Below are positions 1-9,296 of a stretch of 42,921 bases of DNA, piece by piece. Source of the stretch: Rhodobacterales bacterium CG2_30_65_12. GTDB taxonomy: Bacteria > Pseudomonadota > Alphaproteobacteria > Rhodobacterales > Rhodobacteraceae. The stretch spans positions 1 through 42,921 of the forward strand of contig MNZL01000176.1 in assembly GCA_001873585.1 (NCBI GenBank), read 5' to 3'. The notes below the pieces were generated by a model, which did not search any database, was not told the origin of the DNA, and worked only from the letters and a program-made list of their open reading frames with translations. Within the stretch, counting starts at the first letter, position 1; the number at the start of each line of letters is the position of its first letter. Both the position numbers and the translations under genes were made by a program.

Positions 1-635
1 TCTTCGCTTGCGGCGATGCCGAGGGTGGCGAGCCTCAGCCGGGCGGTGCTCTCTACAAGGTCGGTCTCGCCAAGGGCCTTCATGCAGCCGATATAGCCCT
101 CAACCGGCTGGCGCGTGAGCATCGCGCCGATGCCCGCCACCAGCGCGGGCCGCTCGGCGCGGGTGGAGCGGGCGAACCAGCGTTCGAGTGTTGGCTCAGC
201 CAGCGCCTCGATGCCGTGATCACGGACCGCATGAACGCGGTCGTGCCACATCTGGTGGGCGCCGATCTTGGCTGCGGTGTTGGAAAGCACGACGGCGCGC
301 AACAGATCGAGCCGCTCGGCCGCCAGCCCCTGCGCGACCATCCCGCCGATCGAAAGGCCGACAAACACCGCGTCTTTCACGCCGAGATGCTCCATCAGTT
401 TTGCTGCGTCCTGCACCAGATCGCCCATGTAATAGGGCGCTTGAGGGCAGGAGGTAAGGCCGTGCCCGCGCATGTCGTAGCGGATCAGGCGAAGCGCGCC
501 GGGCAGCTGGGCAAACACCCCGTCCCAGATCCGCAGATCAGTGCCGAGAGCATTGGCAAACACCACCGCCGGGCCATCCTGCGGCCCCTGCTCGCTGTAG
601 TGAACGCGGATGTCGCCAAGGTCAGCGAAGTGCAT
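1..635 (-). CDS. pcaD: 3-oxoadipate enol-lactonase (alpha/beta hydrolase), 3' end runs off window
   Basis: Manual translation from ATG at 635: MHFADLGDIRVHYSEQGPQDGPAVVFANALGTDLRIWD...YDMRGHG...FVGLSIGGM (G-x-S-x-G nucleophile elbow). AGGAGG RBS at 641-646. Absent from the ORF track because there is no stop in the window. Confidence 0.85.
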   Translation of the reverse strand, partial: MHFADLGDIRVHYSEQGPQDGPAVVFANALGTDLRIWDGVFAQLPGALRLIRYDMRGHGLTSCPQAPYYMGDLVQDAAKLMEHLGVKDAVFVGLSIGGMVAQGLAAERLDLLRAVVLSNTAAKIGAHQMWHDRVHAVRDHGIEALAEPTLERWFARSTRAERPALVAGIGAMLTRQPVEGYIGCMKALGETDLVESTARLRLATLGIAASE

Positions 636-673
636 GGGGGCCTCCTGTCTGGTTCGCCGCGATCATAGCCGGC

Positions 674-1819
674 TCAGCGGCGGCGTGAAAGCGCCAGCGT
701 GGCGGGCACGATCAGCGCGACGATCAGCGCCACGGCGGCAAACGAGACGCGCAAACTCCAGATCTGCGCCAGCCCGCCCATCATCGACGGACCGATGAAA
801 AAGCCCACAAGCCCCGCCATCCAGGCCCGAGAGATCGCCGCCGGGCGGGCTGCGTCCGACACCATCGCGCCGATGATCGAGTTGGTTGCCGGCACGATTA
901 CCGCCATGCCGAGCGCGATCACCGCCACCCCGGCCAGAACCACACCCTGCGTCGGTGCGGCGGCGATGATCAGCGCGCCGATCACGCCAAGCACCGCCGA
1001 GCCGAGAATGAGCCGCACCTCGCCCGCCGCCGTCGCCACATATTGTCCCGCCATGCGGCCCACGAACATCACAAACCCCAGCGTGGCCGGGCCAAAGCTG
1101 CCTTGGCCGGGGGCACCGCCCAGCGTGCGCTCGATATGTAGCGCCGACCACGCCTCAGTGGCATTCTCGCCAATGAACCCGGCAAACAGGATCGCGCCTC
1201 CAAGCGCCACAACCGCCCAAGGCGCGGTAGCGGCCTTGCCGGCATCGTCGGCATCGTCGAGGTCGGGAAGCGGGGTGCGGTCCCATGCCAAAACTGCAAC
1301 GCCAAGTGCGACGACGGCCAGCACCGGCAGCACCACGGCCGGGCCAAAGCCAGCCTGCCGGGCGAAAGCCACGCCGAATGCGGTGCTGCCGAAAAACAGC
1401 GAGAAGATCGCGTGGTTGACGCTTTGCAGATGCCGGCGAGTGCGGGCTTCGAGCTGAGCGATGCGCACATTGGCCGTCATATCGGCCAGCGCCACCGCGC
1501 CGCCGGCGAAAAACAGCGCGATCCCGAGGGTGAGCGGACTGGTGGCCAGGAGCGGGAGCAACAGCACCAGCGCAATCCCGAGGCCCGCGAGCGGCAACGC
1601 CCAGCCACCGAGAGCCCGGCCAATCTGCGGCGCCATCCCCATGGTGATCATCGAGCCGATGGCGGGGGCGAGCAGAGCCGCCCCAAGCTCGGCGTCGGAA
1701 GCCCCCACACCCGCCTTCAGATCAGGCATCAGTCCGGCGAGACCGCCCCAGTGGATGCCGACAGCGCCAAGCGTGAGCATCGGCGCGCGGGTAATCCGTG
1801 CCGCTTCGAAAACCGACAT
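674..1819 (-). CDS. MFS transporter
   Basis: About 12 hydrophobic segments in two halves ([13 protein letters not shown]...; [11 protein letters not shown] motif). Start moved to the ATG at 1819 within ORF 674..1981. Confidence 0.85.
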   Translation of the reverse strand: MSVFEAARITRAPMLTLGAVGIHWGGLAGLMPDLKAGVGASDAELGAALLAPAIGSMITMGMAPQIGRALGGWALPLAGLGIALVLLLPLLATSPLTLGIALFFAGGAVALADMTANVRIAQLEARTRRHLQSVNHAIFSLFFGSTAFGVAFARQAGFGPAVVLPVLAVVALGVAVLAWDRTPLPDLDDADDAGKAATAPWAVVALGGAILFAGFIGENATEAWSALHIERTLGGAPGQGSFGPATLGFVMFVGRMAGQYVATAAGEVRLILGSAVLGVIGALIIAAAPTQGVVLAGVAVIALGMAVIVPATNSIIGAMVSDAARPAAISRAWMAGLVGFFIGPSMMGGLAQIWSLRVSFAAVALIVALIVPATLALSRRR

Positions 1820-1907
1820 GCCTGCCCCCTTTGCTGTCTTCGCGATGGTTACGACCGGCCCGGTCGAAGCGCAACCATCCCGCGCCCCGGAAGCAGCGCT
1901 TTTTCCC

Positions 1908-1936
1908 TTTTCCCGAACCGGGATTCGGTCTATACG
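1908..1936 (+). promoter_or_regulatory. putative sigma70 promoter of rplY
   Basis: TTTTCC-N17-TATACG, ending 63 nt before the rplY ATG. Confidence 0.4.
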
Positions 1937-1999
1937 CCCGTCTTCATGCGGGGTTGCAGCCTTGGAGGAACCCCGCCTCATTCAACTTGGAGATTACCC

Positions 2000-2638
2000 A
2001 TGGCAGGTCAAATTCCTGACTTTCACGCCACGGTACGGACGGGGACAGGCAAGGGCGCCGCTCGTCATGCTCGCCGCGAAGGGCTCGTACCTGGTATCGT
2101 ATACGGTGGTGGCGTCGAGCCCCTGCCAATCAACATCCCGTTCAACCGGCTGCTCAAGACGCTCAAGGAAGGCCGTTTTCTGTCGACGCTGTTCAACCTC
2201 AAGGTTGAAGGCCACGACGACGTGCGGGTGATCTGCCGCAGCGTTCAGCGCGACGTGGTGAAAGACCTGGCGACGCATGTCGACTTCATGCGCGTGCATC
2301 GCACCTCGCGGATCAGCCTCTTCGTGCATGTTGACTTCATCAACGAGGAATCGGCGCCCGGCATCAAGCGCGGCGGCGTGCTCGTGGTGACACGGCCCGA
2401 GGTCGAACTCAATGTGCTCGCGGGCGATATCCCGGAAAGGATCATTGTCGATCTCGAAGGCCGCGACGTGGGCGATGTGATTCACATCTCCGACGTGACC
2501 CTGCCGCAAGGCGCCAAGCCGACCATTGATCGCGATTTCATCATCGCGTCGGTCTCGGCCCCGTCGGCCCTGCGCGGCTCGGACGAGGAAACCGATGAGA
2601 CACCGGAAACCGAGGTGATTGGCGAGGAAGAGGAGTGA
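2000..2638 (+). CDS. rplY: 50S ribosomal protein L25 / general stress protein Ctc
   Basis: [37 protein letters not shown]...HVDFMRV..., acidic C-terminal tail, TTGGAG RBS. Confidence 0.97.
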   Translation: MAGQIPDFHATVRTGTGKGAARHARREGLVPGIVYGGGVEPLPINIPFNRLLKTLKEGRFLSTLFNLKVEGHDDVRVICRSVQRDVVKDLATHVDFMRVHRTSRISLFVHVDFINEESAPGIKRGGVLVVTRPEVELNVLAGDIPERIIVDLEGRDVGDVIHISDVTLPQGAKPTIDRDFIIASVSAPSALRGSDEETDETPETEVIGEEEE

Positions 2639-2667
2639 TCCTCCGCCGATATCGGGATAAGACAAGA

Positions 2668-2694
2668 TGGGGCCTTTGGGCCCCGTTTTCTTTT
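2668..2694 (+). terminator. Rho-independent terminator after rplY
   Basis: GGGGCC-TTTG-GGCCCC hairpin followed by GTTTTCTTTT. Confidence 0.7.
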
Positions 2695-2801
2695 GCGCAG
2701 CCAGTGGTGCAGGGCCGCCTTGGCATTCCCCGCCGCCTCGCCTAATTTGGGGGGCGACCGGTCATCTCAGGCCGGCGGGGCAAACTCCAGCCGGAGGCAG
2801 A

Positions 2802-3479
2802 ATGAAACTTTTTGTCGGTCTCGGAAATCCCGGCGCGAAATACGCGCGCAACCGGCATAACATCGGGTTCATGGCGGTCGACCGGATTGCCGAGGATCAC
2901 GCATTTTCGCCCTGGCGCGCAAAATTTCAGGGCCAGGTTTGCGAAGGCCGGCTCGGGTCGGAAAAGGTGGCGCTGTTGAAACCTGAAACCTACATGAACC
3001 TCTCCGGCCAATCGGTCGGCGAGGCGATGCGCTTTTTCAAGCTCGCGCCGGAAGACGTGACGGTGTTTCACGACGAGCTTGACCTCGCCCCCGGCAAGCT
3101 CAAGCTCAAACAGGGCGGCGGGCATGCGGGGCACAATGGCCTGCGCTCGATCCATGCCCATATCGGCGAGGCCTATGCCCGGGTCCGGCTCGGCATCGGC
3201 CACCCCGGCCACAAGGACCGCGTGGCAAATTATGTGCTCACCGATTTCGCGCGTGCCGACGAGGGCTGGCTCGACGATCTGTTGCGCGGGATCGGCGACG
3301 GCGCAGTCCATCTCGCCGCCGGCGACGGCGCGAAATTCATCAATGCCGTGGCGCTCAGGATGACCCCGCCAAAGCCTGCGGCAAAACCGAACCCCGAAGC
3401 GCTGGCGGCCCCCGCGACGGCCAGGCCGACCGATGCCGCCCGCTCGCCGCTTCAAAAACTCGTGGAAAAATTCCGGTGA
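2802..3479 (+). CDS. pth: peptidyl-tRNA hydrolase
   Basis: [11 protein letters not shown]...[36 protein letters not shown] motifs; GGAGG RBS. Confidence 0.97.
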   Translation: MKLFVGLGNPGAKYARNRHNIGFMAVDRIAEDHAFSPWRAKFQGQVCEGRLGSEKVALLKPETYMNLSGQSVGEAMRFFKLAPEDVTVFHDELDLAPGKLKLKQGGGHAGHNGLRSIHAHIGEAYARVRLGIGHPGHKDRVANYVLTDFARADEGWLDDLLRGIGDGAVHLAAGDGAKFINAVALRMTPPKPAAKPNPEALAAPATARPTDAARSPLQKLVEKFR

Positions 3480-4555
3480 CCCTTGTCGATGCCTTCCGCG
3501 ACCAGGCCCGCTCCAACCGTGGCCTCGGCTCGCCGTTCACCGCCATGCTGCTCAAGCTCATGGCTGACCGCCTCGGCCCCGGCACGCCCGTGACCGACCG
3601 GATGCTGGCCTGGCGCGGCGAGATCGGCAACCGGGGCGCCTCGCTGCCCTTGCGCTTTCTCGGCGGCCTGCACAGACTGGTGCTTACCGGCGCCTGCCCC
3701 GAGCTGGCCGCCTGCTACCCGCCGAACCCGATGCCTGACGTGGACACGCTCGGTGCCGCGCTCGACGTGGCCCTGCGCGATCACCAGGACGTGCTGATGC
3801 GCGCGCTCGACAATCCGCCACAAACCAATGAAGTGCGCCGGTCGGCAGTGATCATCGCCGCCGCGCACTGGCTCGCCGACGGGCTCGGGCTTGAGCGTTT
3901 CGTGGTGTCGGAGCTTGGCGCCGCCGCCGGGCTCAACCTGATGTGGGATCGCTTCCGCCTCGATCTCGCCTGCGGTGTGTTTGGCCCGCGCGACAGCACC
4001 GTGCGGCTCGATCCCGAGTGGCGCGGGCTCTGTCCTCCCGAGTCCCGGATCGAGGTGCTCGACCGGCGCGGCGTCGACCTTGCGCCGCTGAACCCGCACG
4101 ATGCAAACGACGCGCTCCGGCTCACCTCGTATCTCTGGCCCGATCAGCCGTGGCGGATCGAGCGCGCCCGCGCGGCGATGGCGCTGGCCGAGGCGCCGGT
4201 AGACAAGGCCGATGCCTGCGCCTGGCTTCAGCATCGTCTCGAAACGCCCCGCCCCGGAACGATCCATCTCGTGTTTCACACCGTCGCCTGGCAGTATTTC
4301 AGCGACGAAACCTGCCGTGCCTGCCTTGATGCGCTTGAGGAAGCCGGCGCGCGCGCCACGCCCGAGGCACCGCTGGCGCGGCTGTCGATGGAGGGCGATA
4401 CACGCAAGGGCGAAGGCGCGCCGATCGAGCTGACACTCTGGCCGGAGGGGGGCAAGATCGCCCTCGGCCGGGTAGATTTCCACGGTCGATGGGTCGACTG
4501 GAGCCCGCCAGAGCACCTGCCGGGGCAAATCAGGAAAACCAGGCCGAAGGAGTAA
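3476..4555 (+). CDS. DUF2332 family protein
   Basis: [35 protein letters not shown] and DFHGRWV motifs; GTGA overlap with the pth stop. Confidence 0.8.
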   Translation: MTLVDAFRDQARSNRGLGSPFTAMLLKLMADRLGPGTPVTDRMLAWRGEIGNRGASLPLRFLGGLHRLVLTGACPELAACYPPNPMPDVDTLGAALDVALRDHQDVLMRALDNPPQTNEVRRSAVIIAAAHWLADGLGLERFVVSELGAAAGLNLMWDRFRLDLACGVFGPRDSTVRLDPEWRGLCPPESRIEVLDRRGVDLAPLNPHDANDALRLTSYLWPDQPWRIERARAAMALAEAPVDKADACAWLQHRLETPRPGTIHLVFHTVAWQYFSDETCRACLDALEEAGARATPEAPLARLSMEGDTRKGEGAPIELTLWPEGGKIALGRVDFHGRWVDWSPPEHLPGQIRKTRPKE

Positions 4556-4560
4556 TGCGC

Positions 4561-4803
4561 ATGACCGAAACCCCCAAGATCGCCCAGAAATCGCCCTATG
4601 CTGTCGAGGTCGAGAAAGGTAAAACCTATTTCTGGTGTGCCTGCGGCCAGTCAAAAAACCAGCCGTTCTGCGATGGCTCGCACAAGGGCAGCGCATTCAC
4701 GCCGATAAAATACACCGCCGAAGCCTCGAAAAAGGCTTTCTTCTGCGGCTGCAAGCACAGCCAGACCGCACCGCTCTGCGACGGCACACACACCAAGCTT
4801 TGA
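4561..4803 (+). CDS. CDGSH iron-sulfur domain protein (two CDGSH repeats)
   Basis: WCACGQSKNQPFCDGSH and FCGCKHSQTAPLCDGTH; AAGGAG 8 nt upstream of ATG 4561. Confidence 0.92.
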   Translation: MTETPKIAQKSPYAVEVEKGKTYFWCACGQSKNQPFCDGSHKGSAFTPIKYTAEASKKAFFCGCKHSQTAPLCDGTHTKL

Positions 4804-4865
4804 ATCGGGGAAGCGCGCGCAGTCGCATCCGAATGCACCACACAGCCCGCCTTGGAGACCGCTTG

Positions 4866-5240
4866 ATGAAACCCCAGCCCGACCAACCCGTAAACGTGCT
4901 CGGCGGCACTTTGCTGATGTGCAGCGACGACCCGCGCACCGGATTTTTCCGCGATGGGCGCTGCAACACCAACGACGCCGACATCGGCCGCCACACCATT
5001 TGCGTGATCATGACGGCGGAATTTCTTGCCTTCCAGAAATACGTTGGCAACGATCTGACCACGCCCCGGCCCGAGCTGAATTTTCCCGGCCTCAACCCCG
5101 GCGACCAGTGGTGTGTGGTGGCGGCGCGCTTCCTGCAGGCGCACGATGAAGGCTGCGCCCCAAAGGTGCGGCTTGAGGCCACGCATATCCGCGCGCTCGA
5201 AGTCGTCAAACTCGACATCCTGCGCCAATACGCGATCTGA
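4866..5240 (+). CDS. DUF2237 family protein
   Basis: NVLGG...CSDDPRTGFFRDGRC...HTIC...GNDLTTPRPE..FPGL.PGDQWC...LEATH; GGAG RBS. Confidence 0.85.
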   Translation: MKPQPDQPVNVLGGTLLMCSDDPRTGFFRDGRCNTNDADIGRHTICVIMTAEFLAFQKYVGNDLTTPRPELNFPGLNPGDQWCVVAARFLQAHDEGCAPKVRLEATHIRALEVVKLDILRQYAI

Positions 5241-5281
5241 GATCCCCCAGCGCCCGTGCCGCCTCCAGGAAAGTGCCCTGA

Positions 5282-7102
5282 ATGGACAACCAGAGTCTGA
5301 ACCAATTGTGCTGGGCTTCCGGGATCACCACCCACTACGGTGGGCGCGAAGTGCCCGAGGGCACGCGGCGGCAACTGCTCGCGGCGCTCGGTGTGAGCGA
5401 GGATACGCCGCCCGAGGCGGCCGGTGTGCCCGATTTTCACACCCCCCCCACGGCCCGCTGCGCGATGCCAGACTGGCTTGCGCAAAGCTCCACCTGGGGG
5501 CTGTTCTGCCAGCTCTACGAACTGCGCTCGGCGCGCTCCTGGGGGATCGGTGACTTTGGCGATCTCGCCCGCTTCGCGCAGGTCGCGGGGGCGGCAGGGG
5601 CGGATTTTCTCGGGATCAACCCGGTGCACGCGCTGTTTCTCGCCGAGCCGGGGCGGGCGAGCCCGTTCATGCCGTCAAACCGGCAATTTCTGAACCCGCT
5701 CTACATCGCCATGGATGATCTGCCCGGCAGCACCCGGCCCGACAAGGCGGCGCTGGCGGCGGTAGAGGCGGCGGATCTGGTGGATTACGAGGCTGTGACG
5801 GCGCTGAAGCTCAAGGCGCTTCGATCGGTGTTCGCCCGCCAGCCATTCGACGCTGACCGTCACACCGAAACGGCGTTCGCGGCGTTCCGCACCAAGGGCG
5901 GAGCGGCGCTCGCGCGCCACGCCCTGTTCGAGGCGCTTTCACTGCACATGGCCGCCGCAGGCCATGGCGCGGGATGGCAGCGCTGGCCAGAGCCGCTCAG
6001 GCACGCCGACAGCGCCGAGGTGGCCGCTTTCGCCAAGCGGCATGCCAAGGAGCTGCGCTTTCACACCTGGTTGCAATGGATCGCCACCTGCCAGATCGAC
6101 GCCGCGCAAGCTGCGGCCCTCGCCGCCGGAATGCGCATCGGCCTCTACCTCGATCTTGCCGTCGGCGAGGCGATGGACGGCTCGGCCACCTGGGGCACAC
6201 CCGGCCTTGCGCTTGAAGGCGTAGTGGTTGGCGCGCCGCCAGACGTGTTTTCGCAAGAGGGGCAGGTGTGGGATCTTGCCGCGCTCGATCCGGTCACGCT
6301 CGCGGCCAGCGATTATGCGCCTTTGCGCGCGCTGATCAAGGCTCAGCTCGATCACGCCGGCGCGCTTCGGATCGACCACGCGATGGTGCTGCGCCAGCTT
6401 TTTCTGGTGCCCGAGGGCCGGCCCGCTTCGGAAGGCACCCACATGGCCTACCCCTTCGCGGAGATGCTGCGGGTGGTGGCGGAGGAAAGCCGGGCGCGTG
6501 GCGCGGTGATGATCGGCGAAGACCTCGGCTTCGTGCCCGATGGTTTCCGCGAAACCATGCATGCGGCCAATATCCTCGCCTATCGCATCCTCTATTTCGA
6601 GCAGAAATGGGGGCTGTTCGTGCGCGCCTCGGCCTGGCCGGACATGGCGCTTGCCTGTATCTCGACCCATGATCTGCCCACACTCGCGGGCTGGTGGCGG
6701 GGCGAAGACATCGCCCAGCGCCGCGCCTTTGGGCTGATTGGCGAGAGGTTGGCAGCCGAACAGGAGCATCGCCGGATCGAGGAGCGCACGGCCCTCGTCA
6801 ACGCCTTGATCGACGGCGGTGAGCTTCCCGCGGATGCCCGCGATGGCAACGCGCCGGATCTGCCCTGCCGCGTGCTTGAGGCCGCCTATCGCTTCCTCGC
6901 CGCCACGCCCTCGCGCCTCGCAGGCGTGCGGCTGGCCGATCTCGTCGGCCCCGAGGCGCAGACCAACGTGCCCGGCACGCTCGATGAGCACCCCAACTGG
7001 CGGCGGCGCGGCACGGTGCCGGTGGAAGAGATCGCCGCCAATCCCCGCTTTGGCGCAATCACGTCTGCGATGCGGGCGATGCGGCCACGGCTGGCGCGCT
7101 GA
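5282..7102 (+). CDS. malQ: 4-alpha-glucanotransferase (amylomaltase, GH77)
   Basis: WGIGDFGDL, GINPVHA, YLDLAVG, GAPPDVFS, LRIDH, IGEDLG, STHDLPT, NVPGT..EHPNW motifs. Confidence 0.93.
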   Translation: MDNQSLNQLCWASGITTHYGGREVPEGTRRQLLAALGVSEDTPPEAAGVPDFHTPPTARCAMPDWLAQSSTWGLFCQLYELRSARSWGIGDFGDLARFAQVAGAAGADFLGINPVHALFLAEPGRASPFMPSNRQFLNPLYIAMDDLPGSTRPDKAALAAVEAADLVDYEAVTALKLKALRSVFARQPFDADRHTETAFAAFRTKGGAALARHALFEALSLHMAAAGHGAGWQRWPEPLRHADSAEVAAFAKRHAKELRFHTWLQWIATCQIDAAQAAALAAGMRIGLYLDLAVGEAMDGSATWGTPGLALEGVVVGAPPDVFSQEGQVWDLAALDPVTLAASDYAPLRALIKAQLDHAGALRIDHAMVLRQLFLVPEGRPASEGTHMAYPFAEMLRVVAEESRARGAVMIGEDLGFVPDGFRETMHAANILAYRILYFEQKWGLFVRASAWPDMALACISTHDLPTLAGWWRGEDIAQRRAFGLIGERLAAEQEHRRIEERTALVNALIDGGELPADARDGNAPDLPCRVLEAAYRFLAATPSRLAGVRLADLVGPEAQTNVPGTLDEHPNWRRRGTVPVEEIAANPRFGAITSAMRAMRPRLAR

Positions 7103-7667
7103 CTGGCCCGGCACCGGGGCTGGCCTCGACCGCCGGGTCGGCCCCGTTTGGCCGGGGCGCCGGCTCGGCATGGGCGGCGTCGAACAGCGCATCGTCCATC
7201 AGCCCCTCGATGAACAGGCTCAGAAGCTGGCTGCGCCCGTTCACCCCCGCCTTGCGGTAGATCGCATTGGTCTGGGCCTTCACCGTGCCCTCCGAGGTGT
7301 TGCGCAAGGCGGCGATGTCCTGAATCGAAAGCCCCTTGGTGGCAAACAGCGCCACGTCGCGTTCGGCCGGCGTCAGCCCCCAATCGGCGAAAGCGTCTTC
7401 GATCATATCCATAAAGGCCGAAGAGGCAGCCCGCAGCCGCCTCTCGGCCTCATGGCGGCGCTGGGTCGAGCGCCGCAGCGCCAGCGCCCCGAGCGCGAAG
7501 CCGAGCACCAGCCCGATACTGGCACCGACCTCAATGATCTCGCGCATGCGCCACGATATCGGCTCGGAACGAAAGCCGATATACGACGACAGGATATCGT
7601 AGAGAAAAAACACGGCGACGACGGCCTGGATCACCAGGGCACCGGCAATCACATACCGATCACGCAA
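7059..7667 (-). CDS. LuxR/NarL-type HTH regulator with two N-terminal transmembrane helices
   Basis: C-terminal WGLTPAERDVALFATKGLSIQDIAALRNTSEGTVKAQTNAIYRKAGVNGRSQL (LuxR HTH); two hydrophobic N-terminal stretches; TTG start is uncertain. Confidence 0.85.
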   Translation of the reverse strand: MRDRYVIAGALVIQAVVAVFFLYDILSSYIGFRSEPISWRMREIIEVGASIGLVLGFALGALALRRSTQRRHEAERRLRAASSAFMDMIEDAFADWGLTPAERDVALFATKGLSIQDIAALRNTSEGTVKAQTNAIYRKAGVNGRSQLLSLFIEGLMDDALFDAAHAEPAPRPNGADPAVEASPGAGPVSAPAVAASPASQT

Positions 7668-7736
7668 GGGCTGATCCCCGCACTGCGGCCTGCGCCGGAT
7701 TGGCCGTCGTTTCGGTCACTCGTCGTCTCCGCACAA

Positions 7737-8192
7737 TCAGTCGTCCTTGTCGTCGTTGGTATCGTCGCTCTTGTCGTCGGTCGAATCGTCATCCTTGTCA
7801 TCGCTCTTGTCGTCGCTCTTGTCGTCGCTCGTATCGGCAGCCTTGTCATCGCTGTGGCCGTCATCTGTTACCGTGGCGGTCGGGCTGCTGCGCCCAACTC
7901 TTGGCAACGCGGTGCGGGCTGCGGCGTCGGCGGCGTCATCGAGTTCGACCCAGTAGTCGCGCAGGATTTCGCCGGTGCGCGGGTTGAAGATGATTTCGCG
8001 GGTGCGGTCCGACGAGGTTGCGAAAAGCCGCACGCGGCCGAGGAAGGTGCGGCTGATCTTGACCTTGGCAAACCCCTGCTCGGTCAATTGGTTCAAAAGC
8101 ACCGTTTGCAGATCCTGCGCTGTTGCCGGGGCTCCGGCGAAGACGAGCGCGGCGAGGCTTGCGGCGAAGAGAACGCGTTTCATTTTGTCCAT
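7737..8192 (-). CDS. secreted small protein, possible PepSY-like domain plus Asp-rich (DDKS)n tail
   Basis: Signal peptide MKRVLFAASLAALVFAGAPATA; LTEQGFAKVKISRTFLGRVRL...REIIFNPRTGEILRD; acidic repeat C-terminus. Confidence 0.75.
   Translation of the reverse strand: MDKMKRVLFAASLAALVFAGAPATAQDLQTVLLNQLTEQGFAKVKISRTFLGRVRLFATSSDRTREIIFNPRTGEILRDYWVELDDAADAAARTALPRVGRSSPTATVTDDGHSDDKAADTSDDKSDDKSDDKDDDSTDDKSDDTNDDKDD
7740..7866 (-). repeat. coding low-complexity repeat (DDKS/DDKD)
   Basis: Repeated 12-nt unit GTCGTCGCTCTT and variants on the + strand. Confidence 0.8.
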
Positions 8193-8499
8193 TCCATCTC
8201 GGCATCACTGTGCCGGTTCACCAGCCGGTAATCAACCGGCCCATGCGTTTGCGCCAGATCGCTCCTCGGTCTGGCCGACGCTTGCCGGACTGAGGCCACC
8301 GCATTCGGTGATGAAAACCAGGACGCCCGCGCGGGCAAGGAAAAAAGCGGAGGTTTCATACACAATGCCGTCTCGACTGACAACGGCGCCGAGGGTTGGG
8401 GGCTCCAGGGCGTTTCGCGCGCGGAAAATCCTGCACTCGCACTCATCGCAGAATGGGGCGGCATACGGCGAAAGCCAAGCCGCCCCGATTCATGGTTTG

Positions 8500-8549
8500 A
8501 AAAATTCCCGGGCCCTGCTTGGGGATGGGGGTGGGAGCAGGGCCCGGGA
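8500..8549 (-). terminator. probable terminator after the 8557..9024 gene
   Basis: 14-bp perfect stem TCCCGGGCCCTGCT/AGCAGGGCCCGGGA, 16-nt loop, then ATTTTT on the - strand. Confidence 0.65.
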
Positions 8550-8556
8550 GGCCGGA

Positions 8557-9024
8557 TCAATCGTCGTCGCCGCCGTGATCCTTGCCACCGTTGTGACCAC
8601 CATCTTCGTCGTCGTCATGGTTGCCATTGCTGTGGTGGTCGTGGCTGTCATTGCTGTCGTCGTCGTTCTCGTCGTCGTCGTTCTCGTCGTCATCCTCGTG
8701 GTCATCGTCATGCGAACCCGTCGGATTGGTGCCCGCACCGCCACCCGTGGTGACGCCAGTGGTAACGCCTGTCGTGACGCCTGTCGTGACACCCGTCGTT
8801 GCCACCGGCGCACCGTTGGCGTCATAGGAGAACACGGTCGAGCCCGTCGGCCCGGACGCGGTGACATCCAGCGAGGTGCCATTGTCGGTGATCACGATGC
8901 GATCAAAACCCTGACCCGCCAGATCGGCGGCGATTGCATCGACCGCAGCCTGAGTAACGGCGAAGAGCGGGGTGGCAAGCAGGCCGGCGGTGGCGCTGGC
9001 GAGAAGGAGTGATTTGAGGTTCAT
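8557..9024 (-). CDS. secreted small protein, possible PepSY-like domain, (GVTT)4 linker and Asp/His-rich tail
   Basis: Signal peptide MNLKSLLLASATAGLLATPLFA; IAADLAGQGFDRIVI; tail HDDDHEDDDENDDDENDDDSNDSHDHH...; AAGGA RBS. Confidence 0.8.
   Translation of the reverse strand: MNLKSLLLASATAGLLATPLFAVTQAAVDAIAADLAGQGFDRIVITDNGTSLDVTASGPTGSTVFSYDANGAPVATTGVTTGVTTGVTTGVTTGGGAGTNPTGSHDDDHEDDDENDDDENDDDSNDSHDHHSNGNHDDDEDGGHNGGKDHGGDDD
8560..8800 (-). repeat. coding tandem repeats (GVTT x4; DDDEN)
   Basis: 12-nt and 15-nt imperfect tandem repeats inside the ORF. Confidence 0.75.
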
Positions 9025-9238
9025 CGGCGTGGTTCCTTGTTTGGTTGTGGGTCGTTCGTTGTCGGTCGTTGCGGCCCAGCAATCGAACTGGACGAGTGCA
9101 ATTCAACGCAATCACCGTGCCGAGGCTATTGGACGGGGGTTTAGATTGGCCCGAATTGGCCCCACGTTGAGGCGCATAAACCTGGGTTGATCCTGCGTTT
9201 GGCCCCTGGTCTGTGCGGCTTTGCCTATGCCGCGATCG

Positions 9239-9268
9239 AAAAAACGCCGTGCCACAAGGGGCACGGCG
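9239..9268 (-). terminator. Rho-independent terminator after trpB
   Basis: CGCCGTGCC/GGCACGGCG stem followed by T6 on the - strand. Confidence 0.75.
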
Positions 9269-9296
9269 CGGGCTTGATCTACGGTTGCGGGCGAGA

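Noticed and set aside
7975-9012. 345-aa Val-rich ORF on the + strand and similar Ser/Thr/Val-rich ORFs
   Set aside because: Off-frame or antisense readings of the GAC-rich Asp repeats
9130-9200. GGTTTA/TAAACC/GGTTGA half-sites as a possible LuxR operator, with weak echoes near 8214-8240
   Set aside because: Too short and degenerate to distinguish from chance without an alignment
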